From Octopus bimaculoides (taxonomy: Eukaryota): a DNA stretch of 59,695 nucleotides. Positions 27,701-38,600 of the stretch are shown one piece after another. The stretch covers positions 26,961,396 through 27,021,090 of the forward strand of contig NC_068997.1 in NCBI RefSeq assembly GCF_001194135.2. Reading direction: 5' to 3'. How positions within the stretch are numbered: position 1 is the first letter of the stretch; the number at the start of each line of letters is the position of its first letter. A program made the translations under genes and the position numbers. The notes beneath the pieces were generated by a model. It did no database searches and was not told the DNA's origin. It saw nothing but the letters and a program-made list of their open reading frames with translations.

Positions 27701-30700
27701 CATAAATGTTTTGTAACTGACCTATTTTTCATTACATTTCAAACAGATTCAATACTGAGTTGCTGAAACAGAAATATCATTATAGCAAATATTCTGCTCA
27801 ATACCACAGATTTGCTTGTCTCTTGCTTGACCATAACCACTTGAGCATGTCCTTTAGTGGCTGAAAATATGTGCATCTTTGATGATGAGCAGGAGCAGTA
27901 GGGGAGCATCACAGCCATGTGTTGAGAGGGATTCTTTGGGGTTTGAATGAATGTAACAAGTAAAGATTGAAGGAAATCTTAGCCATTCTTTGTACTTTCT
28001 AAGGATAAGCAAATAGGAAATAACAGTTGCTACCCAAGGACAAAAATTGTGTTGCACAGAGTACTGAATGAGGTAAATTCACATGTATCTTCATGGTGTG
28101 GAGTATCTGAACTTCATTCTTTCCATTTTATTTCTCTTACATTTGATAATGAAGAAGTCATATTGAATTTTTACCTCTTCATAAAGTACTTTAAAAAGAA
28201 TATTTCATACACACTTACATATGTAGACTTTGTAGCCTACTTTAACATCATAACTCCCTTTAGTAGAAGTAGGGCCATTCAGGCCCCTTCTTCTCACCAG
28301 TCATGGAAGCTCTTTAAAAAAAAGAGCCATAAGTGCAGCTCTTCCTTCTCTGACTTCATTAATATAATGATTAAGACAAAGATGGTTTGGTTTAATCCTT
28401 CCTTTATCAAGAATTTGCTGCTAGAAGTGTTTAAGTGTACTCCTACTAAGTCAACTCCCAGCATGAACGTGCAGATGCAGTCATCCCTAGCAGGGGTGTA
28501 CGAGTGTGGTTACCTTAAGCTGACCATTTGCAGGAGAGTTCAAGAGCAACAAGTGAGTTGACCCCTAGCAGAACAGTAGAAGAGTGACCACTCTAAGTTG
28601 CCACTTGTGGGAGAGTGCAAGAGTGACCACTCAAAGTTACCACAAGAGAGTACAAGAGTGACCACTCTAAGTTGCCTCTAGTGGGAGAGTACAAGAATGG
28701 TCACTCTAAGTTGCCTCTAGTGAGAGAGTACAAGAGTGACCACTCTATGTTGCCACTTGTGGGAGAGTACAAGAGTGACCACTCAAAGTTACAAGAGAGT
28801 ACAAGAGTGACCACTCTAAGTTGCCTCTTGTGGGAGAGTACAAGAGTGGTCACTCCAAGATGATCACTACGAAGATAGTAGAAGAGTGGTCACTCCATTC
28901 AACCAGGAGAATGCAATAGTGCACCCCTCCCACCTATCAAGCTTACCAGTAGCAGGAAAGTAGGATGTTTTAATAGAACCATAACCATGGTGACCAGATA
29001 ATGCTGTTGGTTACATCTCTAAACTCATCAAACTCAGTTAATGAGTAGAAGTGTGAGTAGAAGTTGCTTACTTCCTCCAGTTTTCCCTTTGCTTTGGTTC
29101 ATGTCATATGAACCATCTACAGAAAAATAAATAAATAATCTCCACTGCTAAATAATAGCAGTCTGTCCACTTTAGTGTCCATTCTTCTATCTATTCCGGA
29201 AATTAATCAATAATTTCATTATCTCAGGGGAAATCAAGGAAAAGATCATAAAGTATTTATATGACCTTTTAATATTTGGACAACATATGAAAGTTTCTTT
29301 GTATTAGTTTACAACTTTCACTTACTGGACTCTGGCCATGCTGGAGCTTCCACCTTGTATTTATGTTGGCATTACCTTAGATGAGCTGAACCAGCTCCAA
29401 CTTGTGAATCTACAGTATCGCAAACAAAAGCAAAAGCTGATAGTGTTTGGCAATCACAGACGTCCGATATGGAGACCATCCACCAGTTGTGACTTCTTAT
29501 GGTAGATACCATATTACCATATAAATAAAGACCAGATATTGATTTAAGGTCCCACTTGATCGTCTAAGGCAGCATTTTCCTGCCTTTGTATTCTTGGGGA
29601 ACCCTTGAAATTCATTCCATGTCTCAGGGAACCCCCACACAAAAATTACTATATATCATTATTAATCTTTTTATTTACCTTTCATAAAAGTAAATTTCAT
29701 AAGAGATTGATACTTTTGATATATTAACCCACATGAGACTACCAATGGATCTACAATATAAATTAGTCAAATTATCATTATTTCTGAGGGAACCCATAGT
29801 GACATCTTATAGAAAGTGGGTATCCCAGGGAAGGGACACTGATCTCAGGTCTAGTTAATTCCATTACATAAACTCCAGTAGTTTTGTTATAGCTGTTTAG
29901 TTTCAGCTACGTTTTAATTTTAGTGAGCCTTTGACTTAGTCACTTGATCTGCTTGATATAGAAGCCAGAGATCGTAGTGAGAGCTTGTGTATGTTTATGT
30001 GCATATATGTGTGCGTGAGTGCGTGCGTGTATATATATATGTTTATTTGTATATTTAATTATTCAAATGAAGATGTGAAGCGCCAAGCGCTATAACTCCT
30101 TTTTTTTTAAGGCCTCGGGACCTGGTCCGAATGTTTGCATTAACTATGTGTTCTCTACTCACGGAAAAATTATACGTTAATGTAGTTCGGGATAACCCAA
30201 GAGAAGACGAAATATGTAAAACTGGAGAGACCTTTCGCTATCGGTCTGCTTGAACAGAGATGGCCTGGGACCAAACAACAACAGAAACAATAATAATCTG
30301 ACGGGTTGTTAGGCAGCAGAAAGGATGGGACACCAGAGTAACTTTCAAAGTCCTTAGAGTATTTACTTCGGACACTGTTCTGAATCCAGGATCCCAGAGG
30401 AGTCAACTTAACATTTTATTCCTCTTGGGTACGATAATAAATTTCCCTTAAAGAGTTCTGATACTAACATTAAGAAATTGGTAAAGCACTGAACTAAATT
30501 CTTTGTAAAATTTAGTTACCTTCATTTTGAGTTCAAATCACTCCGCGGTCGATATAAATACGAACAAGTCAAGTACAAGTATTGTGGTCGATTTAATCTA
30601 TTATGTTCCCACCCCAGAATGAGTATTGAGCCTAAATCATAAATCATTAACATTGGCAATGTAGTGTTACAGAAAACTTGGTCTTTAGATTTGAATGAAC

Positions 30701-30824
30701 AACATTCCAGGCAATAATAGCACTTATTTTCTTTTCGGGTTTTGATCTAGCTGCTTGCTGTTTGTTATGCTTCATAGTGCTTAATCAACAGATAAGAGGT
30801 GGGAAGGAAAAAGAAGTGAGATAC

Positions 30825-30912
<88 letters not shown>

Positions 30913-31915
30913 CAGACGGGAAAAAGAAAGAGAATAATTAAAAAGAGAGACCATAACAATTAAAGAAAGGGAAAGACAAAGAGAGGGGGGAAAAGTAAGA
31001 GAGACGGGTGTACTAAGCAACTATGGAGAAAAAGAAGCAAAAAAATAATAAAGATCGATAAAAAGGAGAGAGAGAGAGAGAGAACTAGACTGATAAAGAA
31101 GGTTGAAATGAAGAGAAAGAGGAAGATACATTTATGTAGGAAAGGAGAGAAAGAGAGAAACATGGAGGGCGACTGCGAAAGTAAGAAAGTAAAACAGAGA
31201 AAGCTAAATGAGAGAAAAACAAAAAGAAAACAAGAGAAAGTAATTAATTAACTAAGAGAAAGACGACAAGAGAGAGAATGTGTGTGCGATAGACTAATTA
31301 ACTAATGGGAAGACAAAATGAGAAAGTAAAAATGATGTTAAATGAAAACAAAGATAGCAAGGAAGTTAACGTATTTCTTTATATATGTCTGTTGAGAAAG
31401 AGAGAGTAAGAGAAAAGAGAGCGACGATAAAGAGAAAGAGAATGAGAAAAATAAGAGATAACAAGAAAAAGAAAGAGAGTAAAATAGGAGTAGAGAAGGA
31501 TTAATGAGTGAGAGAGAAGAGAAAGGAAAACGAGAGAAAAAGACAATAAGAGGGTGAAGAAAGAGAGAGAGAAAAGGGAAATCTAGAAAATGAAGAGATG
31601 AAAGACAGAAAAGGAGAAGGAAGACTACGTGAGAGAAAGAGTAAAACAAAATAAAGATGAAAAGAGAAAAGTGGATAGAATGGTGGGGACGTCAAAATTT
31701 TTATAAAAGTCTTAGAAAATGAAAAATGGATAAGACAACTGACCTTTCTGATGGACTAATTGAGGGTTCTGTCGAACTATTTGATGTACAAGAGGGGCAG
31801 CACAAGTGTTGATTCCATGCATCAACATGGAATATTCTGCTGATGTATTGCCAACAGCATCCTTAGCATTGACTAATTCCTCGTGACGATCCATTCGGCT
31901 GGAAACTGTTGCCAT
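15540..31915 (-). CDS. Ankyrin-repeat DHHC palmitoyltransferase (ZDHHC13/17/Akr1-like architecture), 9 coding exons, 570 aa
   Basis: Exons: 31744-31915, 26625-26871, 24782-24914, 23185-23369, 22407-22646, 21280-21362, 18363-18455, 17113-17219, 15540-15992. All introns are GT-AG and phase-consistent (1713 nt). Ankyrin motifs: TPLHKA..G, ETPLHY, SVVHHAA, TPLHIVC, TVLHLTAKEG, TPLDL. TM helices, YWKMLRTDPG, and a full DHHC-CRD CEEC-x9-HC-x2-C-x2-C-x4-DHHC-x5-C-x4-N-x3-F. Exact orthology is not established. Confidence 0.92.
16440..16985 (+). mobile_element. Internally deleted mariner remnant
   Basis: VSWSSCQQTLNEEL.MKRVAAKF..LLTEDQKQSR and FQDCFKQWKTHLDRCIASNGEYFEGD; right TIR-like TTTTGAGTATCCCCTCA-TA. 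Confidence 0.8.
17245..17550 (+). mobile_element. 3' end of an R4/Dong-like (restriction-like endonuclease) LINE
   Basis: KYQDLVREI / RLWNTNVIIVPVVIGAFG...LQKSAILYSARILRKIL, followed by an A/(AAC)n tail. Confidence 0.75.
17655..17990 (-). mobile_element. Two partial SINE family B copies
   Basis: Repeated GATGAAAGGCAAAGTC...TTTGAACTCAGAA. Confidence 0.7.
17990..18300 (-). mobile_element. RTE-clade LINE fragment
   Basis: MPTLTYGHKRWVMTKRV...EMGFVDR...EIRESLQVEP...IERS.LQYSGHVIRM. Confidence 0.7.
21394..21601. mobile_element. piggyBac-type MITE
   Basis: TTAA|CCATTTTG...CAAAAAGG|TTAA; related to 45661-45876. Confidence 0.65.
21700..21935 (-). mobile_element. RTE-tail-type SINE, family D
   Basis: CAGATGCCCTTCC...TTTCCAAGCAAGGTAATATTTCCC motif, also at 18770-18990, 56860-57070 and 57780-57990. 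Confidence 0.7.
22167..22378. mobile_element. piggyBac-type MITE
   Basis: TTAA|CCCTTTAGCA...TACTAAAGGG|TTAA. Confidence 0.8.
23470..23797 (+). mobile_element. SINE family A
   Basis: GCAGGCGTGGTTGTGTGGTAAGAAGCTTGCTTCCCAACCACATGG... Confidence 0.88.
25340..26297 (-). mobile_element. L1/Tx1-clade LINE reverse transcriptase fragment, frameshifted
   Basis: KLPGLDGLPYELY, LDLSKAFDRVNH, QQGCPLSSLLYVL, ACADD. Confidence 0.88.
26290..26565 (-). mobile_element. Two partial SINE family B copies
   Basis: Reverse-complement family B motifs. Confidence 0.65.
26935..27113. mobile_element. hAT-type MITE with an 8-bp TSD
   Basis: TIRs CATGCCCATTGCTA / TAGCAATGGGCCTA; exact TSD GATGAATA at 26927-26934 and 27114-27121. 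Confidence 0.85.
28579..28897. repeat. 39-bp minisatellite (about 8-9 units) with an internal palindrome
   Basis: Unit AAGAGTGACCACTCTAAGTTGCCACTTGTGGGAGAGTAC. Confidence 0.92.
30826..31690. repeat. (GT)n(GA)n microsatellite running into a ~0.8 kb polypurine tract
   Basis: Directly visible. Confidence 0.85.
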
Positions 31916-32149
31916 TTCACCAGATTTCCTTCAGTTAACACTTGACTTTACAACTTCACGTAGCAATAAGCACCATTCTAGCTAGCTAACGTTGACATTT
32001 ACAAAACATCTTGACATATATAGATATATCTTTATATGTTTTTCTTTTTTTTCCTTCTTGAAATAAGGAAACTTCTGAGATATGTGTGTGTATCTGCGTG
32101 TACGTATATTTATGTGTATGCGTGTATAAATATGTTTATGTATATATGT

Positions 32150-32950
32150 CTTTGTCTGCAGTCTACTCGCTCTTTTCGTCACGTTTTGTCTCGTCTCCTT
32201 ATCTCTATATCTCTCTATTTAGATCTGTCACTCTGTTCTTCTGTCGTAAGATCAGCAGCTTTTAGTGCTGCGGCCTTTTACAAGTCGGAATTGAACCACT
32301 ACTTCCAGCACGCTGCTCCGTCACATTAGAAGGAGAAAACGTCATAATTGTTTACAACACTTCAGCGCATTGGTCAGAAGTAACCAATCACAGGCCATGT
32401 TACAAAGTGAGTCTCTCCCAGTCTGTCTTGCAACATACAACAGTCGTTAGAGAAACTTCCTCCTGTTAACATTAACGCATGATTGTCTTTTCATTTCTCG
32501 TACCTCTAGCTATATCTACCCATTTATACACGCACACATACATTAACCCTTTTCTAAATTGCCCGTAAGGGTAATCTAGAATACTAATACAATCACTGCC
32601 ACGACTAAATCGTTGTTTAGTCGCAGCTAAATTGAAGCCGGACCAGTATTTATTATCTCTCAAGCCACGCTGTTTTCAAACTAAATGGTTAGTGTTGTCT
32701 TTTACTGCTGGAAACTTTCTCGACACATCACAGAGACTGAATCATGAGTGGATCTGCTATGTCTGACTTGTTTGATTGTGTGGTTGAGTGTCTCTTACTC
32801 TTTACAGTGTCACCGAGTGAAATGATATATATATGTATATATATTAAGGAGAATGTGTGTGTGTGATGTTTATGTGTTTGGTATAATGGTCTTTGAACTG
32901 CAGGAATTCGAGCGAAACCGCTAGACAAGCAATGTAATTTAGAGAGCTGT
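32150..32950. promoter_or_regulatory. Probable bidirectional promoter / 5' UTR region between the ankyrin-DHHC gene and LARP7
   Basis: Non-repetitive and visibly CpG-richer than the flanks. It lies between divergent start codons (31915 on -, 34227 on +). The LARP7 ATG exon starts at a splice acceptor (34224), so a non-coding first exon must lie upstream. Confidence 0.5.
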
Positions 32951-33585
32951 GTGTGCATCTATCACTCTATGTGCGCATACACGCACACAGACACACAAAA
33001 ACACACACATGCATTAATAGTATTTATAAGTCCATCTCACCGCTAAATAAGCAGATCTATGAATCTATATTTGTTGATTATTTAACTGTATGAAAAGAGC
33101 ATATATATATATATATATATATATATTTGCCACCTAAATGTGGCTAACCCTTAAGGGCCATGTTATATATNNNNNNNNNNNNNNNNNNNNNNNNNNNNNN
33201 NNNNNNNNNNNNNNNNNNNNNNNNNNNNNNNNNNNNNNNNNNNNNNNNNNNNNNNNNNNNNNNNNNNNNNNNNNNNNNNNNNNNNNNNNNNNNNNNNNNN
33301 NNNNNNNNNNNNNNNNNNNNNNNNNNNNNNNNNNNNNNNNNNNNNNNNNNNNNNNNNNNNNNNNNNNNNNNNNNNNNNNNNNNNNNNNNNNNNNNNNNNN
33401 NNNNNNNNNNNNNNNNNNNNNNNNNNNNNNNNNNNNNNNNNNNNNNNNNNNNNNNNNNNNNNNNNNNNNNNNNNNNNNNNNNNNNNNNNNNNNNNNNNNN
33501 NNNNNNNNNNNCGAATAAAAATAAATACAAAAAGAGGGGTTTTGTATGATTGTGTATAGAGGAATATATTATGTTAAACAAAATA

Positions 33586-33645
<60 letters not shown>

Positions 33646-33762
33646 GTATATAGGTATCTATATATGTATATTTGTATGTATATATATGTGTGTGTATATA
33701 TGTATATATATAAGTATGGATATATATGTATGTATATATGTATCTGAAATTCATCAATATCA

Positions 33763-33955
33763 CACTCGTGCCGATGGCACGTAAAAGCACCCACTACACT
33801 CTCGGAATGGTTGGCGTTAGGAAGGGCATGCAGCTGTAGAAATTCTGCCAAATCAGATTGGAGCCTGGTGTAGCCACCTAGTTCACCAGTCCTCAGTCAA
33901 ATCGTCCAACCCATGCTAGCATGGAAAGCAGACGTTAAACGATGATGATGATGAT
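33763..33955 (+). mobile_element. Family C RTE-tail element, young copy
   Basis: Ends ...AGCATGGAAAGCAGACGTTAAACGATGATGATGATG. Confidence 0.75.
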
Positions 33956-34226
33956 ATGTACGATGATCTTCTCTCATTTTTCTGTCTACCAAAAACATTC
34001 TCCAGGCTTTAGTTGGCCCAGGAGTATTATAAGAAGACACCTGCCCTAGATGATGCACCGTGGAACTGAACCTGAAACTATGCAGTTGGGAAGCAAACTT
34101 CTTACCCACATACCCATGTCTGTACCTATAATTGTGTTAAAGTTTAATGACAAAATATTTAAAATCTATTGATTTCTTGGAGGTTTGTTGGTTAATCAAT
34201 TTGGTGTCTTTTTCTTTTCTGTAGAC

Positions 34227-35619
34227 ATGGAATCGGTCAAGAGTCAAGAGAAAAAACCAGCCAAGAAACGTGTGAAGGCTCTTTGTGTTAAAATAAAAGA
34301 ACAGGTAATACATGTGGAACCACTCCTAAATTACAAATTGCTACTGTGTAACTGAGTCAATGCATGCTTTAGGCTGCTATTATAGTTTAACCACAGGTCA
34401 GTCTAGATCCTGCAGAGGTATGGTCATAAATGACACCAGCCTGTTTTCTTATTCAAACACAGTGTATCTAGGACTACATTATATGATGTATCCTTCCTAC
34501 CTTTAGTTGATCATCCTCAGGGCAAACCAATTATGAAAGATGTTTCAACTGTGAGCATCCTGTCTTCTATTCAAACACAGTATATCTAGAACTACATTAT
34601 CTAGTTTATCCTTCCTTTCTTTATAACAATGTGGTATGATTTATAGAAATTTAGCTGCTATTTCCAACAGATTTAGTGATGTGTCTTGTTTATGGTTTAA
34701 CACCTAAGTAATCGTAATAACTAATTGTGTTTGATATGTTGATATATATGTGTGTGTGTGTGTGTATACAGGGTGACCCAAAGGTCACTGAGAGGTTTTA
34801 ATTTTTAATAACTCTCTTATTTTTACAAACAGGTGTATGAAATTTTAATTCGATATAGAGGAGATTAATCTGCATTAATCCTTTTTCATCATAACTCTGC
34901 ATTATATATGAAAAATATCTTTTAAGTGGCGTCCATTTCCAGCTCCACACATCTGTGCCCTTTCCAAAATATGTTCCATGATAGCTGTATGTGTTTCAGG
35001 GTCCATTTCCCTGATTCCTCTAGTGATATTCTCCTTCAATTACTCCAGGGTTTCTGGTTTGTTGACATAAACCTTCCCCTTTGGGTACTCCAACAAGAAG
35101 AAGTCAGGGCTGGTCAAGTCTGGGGAATGCGATGATAGCGAGAGATGATTCTTTCTCCAAAACATTGCCTCAGTAACCGCTCTCTCTTTGTGGTATGAGC
35201 AGTTGCCTCATCTTGCTGGAACCACATATCAGGCCTGTTTTAAATGGGGTCAGTAAAATAAGTACCAGTTGAACACTGGGGTCTATGTAATTGACTGACC
35301 TACCCCCCTGGATTTTCTGGCCTTGTGCCAAAATTTATGTACAGGAAGAGGGGTGAGAATAGTGTGACTTGTCTCTGATTTAACGCATCAGCATTCATAA
35401 TACTAATGAATTATTTTTGTTATTCTTTTAAACTTCAGATGGAGTTCTACTTCAGTAATTCGAATTTACACAAAGATCGTTTTTTCAAAAAACAAATTGA
35501 TAAAGACAAAGATGGATGTAAGTTGAATTTTGTTTTTTCCATTTGAATTTTTCTGCTTTTTCCTCTCTCTTTGTTTCATTTTCATTTTAAACGTTATAAG
35601 CCTTACAGAGGAGATGACA

Positions 35620-35665
<46 letters not shown>

Positions 35666-38600
35666 CCCTCTCTCTCTTGGTCAACCTTAGGCTGTAGTAG
35701 AAGGCACTTGCCCAAAGTGCCATACAGTGAGACCGAACCCAAGATCACATAGTTGGGAAGCAAGTTTCTCAACCATGCAGTTACACCTGCACCTATGCTC
35801 CAAACAGCAAATTAGCAACAGAAAAGTTGTCTTGCTAAACCATTTAAAATTTTTAATTATTTTCCAAATTAATTGAAACATATAGACAGTCTATATTTTG
35901 AGAAATACATTTATAAAAAGAGTTAATAATCATTTGTAAATTAGACTAATTAATACCTTTATGATTAGAATTTTCCAGTTTGACATCAATCTAAGGAATT
36001 AACTCATGCTTTTATTTTTTCCTTTCTTTTTCAGATATTGATTTGTCTTTATTTTTAACATTTAATCGTATCAAGTCTCTTACTGAAGACCTGGCTGTCA
36101 TGCGTAAAGCACTGTCAACTTCTTCTATGCTGCAGGTGAGACTTTTCGTCAGGTTTGTCACTTTATCCATTTTTACAATATATATTTGTATGTATACAGG
36201 GTGGACCAAAATTCGTCCACAAAATAAGTTCAATATGCTCACAACGGCACACATCAAAGTCATTGCACATGTTTGGGTCAGTAGCTACCTCCAGAAGTAG
36301 GTAGATTATAGTCCAGTCATTTCCAAGAGATGCTTTGTATAACGGCATCTGAGAATGCCGACCTGAAAACAGAACAGAAAAATTTTAATTTAAATCGTTT
36401 AAATAAATAAATTATGATGAATGTATGTGAAAATGAGTTGATAAAGGAAGTTCATTAGCTTACAGCTGTTTCTGCTGTAAGATGCAGTGAACTCATAATT
36501 GAGTGCCTAAGTAACACCTTATAGCTTCACACATGCACTCATGTATTCATCAACCTCATCCTTTTTTTCTATTCTCTCACTATTTGTCTCCAGTTAAGTG
36601 AAAACCAGAACAGCGTACGTCGTGTCACTCCATACACAGAGCCTAAAGATGTGGACGAGAGGACAGTTTATGTGGTGAGGCACAACATTCCCCTCTTATT
36701 CTTTCTTTTCATTTTTTTTTTACTTCTTTTCTTTTAGTTTTTTTCTTTAATCTCTTTTTTTTCTCTGCAATTGTCTTTTTGCTGCTATTTTTCAATAATC
36801 TAGGCTTCTCATATAATGTACCCTATCATTGTTTTCCCAAATGTACCCAATCATAAGGTTCCTAAATGTATCACAAGAGCACAAAGAAAGAGTGAACTCT
36901 GCAAGTCCAAAACCAACTCCTTTCCCTTCATTCGCAGCCGGACATGCCGTCACCCATCTTCTTCCATGTGATGTCCTCGATCATTGTTGACAACAACAGA
37001 CAAACAATTGAATGTATCCTGTAACCAGATACTTAAATTTGACTTTATGAGGTGTATTTTGTTGAGTGTGTGTGTCTGTGCTCATGTATGTGTGTGTCAA
37101 TTTGTTTACATTTGTGATCGTCTTAAAATCGCTGAACTACAAGCAGTGATAGTCATTTCCTTTGTCAATAAAGAGAACGCTTGCCCAAGGTGCCATATAT
37201 TGGGGGTTGAACCTGAAACCATCTGGTTGCAATGTGAGTTTCTTAATCGCACAGCTGTACCTCCACAAATGGTAAAAAGAAGAAGGAAATTGTTCTATCA
37301 ACTCTATTGTTTCCTTGTAAAATATAACAATACCTTAATTGTTAAATGTTGATTGCAATATTTTCAGGAACTGCTGCCAGCCAATGCTGACCATGATTGG
37401 CTGAAGAAAGTGTTTTCCTCCTGTGGGATGGTCACTTATGTTAGTCTTCCACGCTATAAGTCCACTGGAGATCTCAAACAGTTTGCATTTGTTGAATTTG
37501 AAACCATTAAAGGTGCACAAAGAGCTTGTAAAGTGAGTCTGTCTCTCTTTTATCTTCTTTCTTTGCTTCATTTTTTTCTTGTGTTCTTCATTGTTTTCTA
37601 AAAACCTTCCATCATTCTAAAGTCAGTGAAAAATAAGTACCAGTTAAATATTTGAGGATGGTTCAACTTTATTCAAATTTATTTACCTTGCGCAAAAACT
37701 AAGAAATCCTACTTCGATAAAGTAGTGGTTCTCAACCATTTTTTTGCCTATGGATCCCTTTGATTCCTGTTTTACTTGGGTCGACCCGCAGAGCCATTTG
37801 ATGTTTATAAAATCCTATTATGTCTTTATAATTAAAGATTAGTAAGAATTCTATTTAAAAAATTGTTAAAATATTTTGTGTGTTGTAGAAGTGCTACCAA
37901 TTTACTGCACATAAATTTTAATTACAATCTTATATGGATCCCAGTTGAGAACCACTGAAATAGCAGATTCCACGTGATCCATGCAAGTATAGAAAAGTGG
38001 ACATGAAAACGACAATGATGATGATACACAACATAATATATTTGGCACTGCTTTCTTTCAGGTGGTTAATCAGATATTCAGTTTGTTACATGTGTTTGTG
38101 TATATGTATCTGCATATATATGTGTGTGTAAGTGTGTTGTTTGTTTTGTTAATACAGAAAAATGGATATAAAATAGGAAATATGTAGTTGCTTTTGTTGT
38201 CAATTTGTTGCAGGAATTAAATCAACCACCCATTGAAACTACCAATAAACCTGGAAAATTCCCCAAGAATAACAAAGCTTTGAACCAGCTGAAGAAGAAA
38301 GTTCAGACAGAAGGTAAGTAGATAGTTTCGATTCGGCTCTATATATAGCATCAGTGGCATCGTCAGTATCATTTTCATCATTGTCATCATCATAATCACA
38401 ATCATTATTCTCATCATCATCATCAGTAGCAGCAACATTCTCCCTCTTCCTCCTCCTCAGTTTGACATTCCCTTTTCATCCTCGATTATATGCATCAGAC
38501 AGTATTCAATGAGACAGATTTTCAAATATCCCTCAAATCACAACATGATATCTTAAACATGAGAAAAGGAGGAAAGGCTCTTTGTTCGCTGTAGTTCTAG

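Noticed and set aside
28049-28561. 170-aa + strand ORF
   Set aside because: No recognisable domain, start context or splice support; probably decayed repeat sequence.
28579-28897. CRISPR-like appearance of palindromic repeats
   Set aside because: The inter-palindrome segments are near-identical rather than unique spacers, there are no cas genes, and the context is a eukaryotic intron.
30100-30300. CpG-rich stretch with a T-run suggesting a Pol III ncRNA
   Set aside because: Its reverse complement matches a dispersed SINE-like family also seen near 20090, 34385 and 42720.
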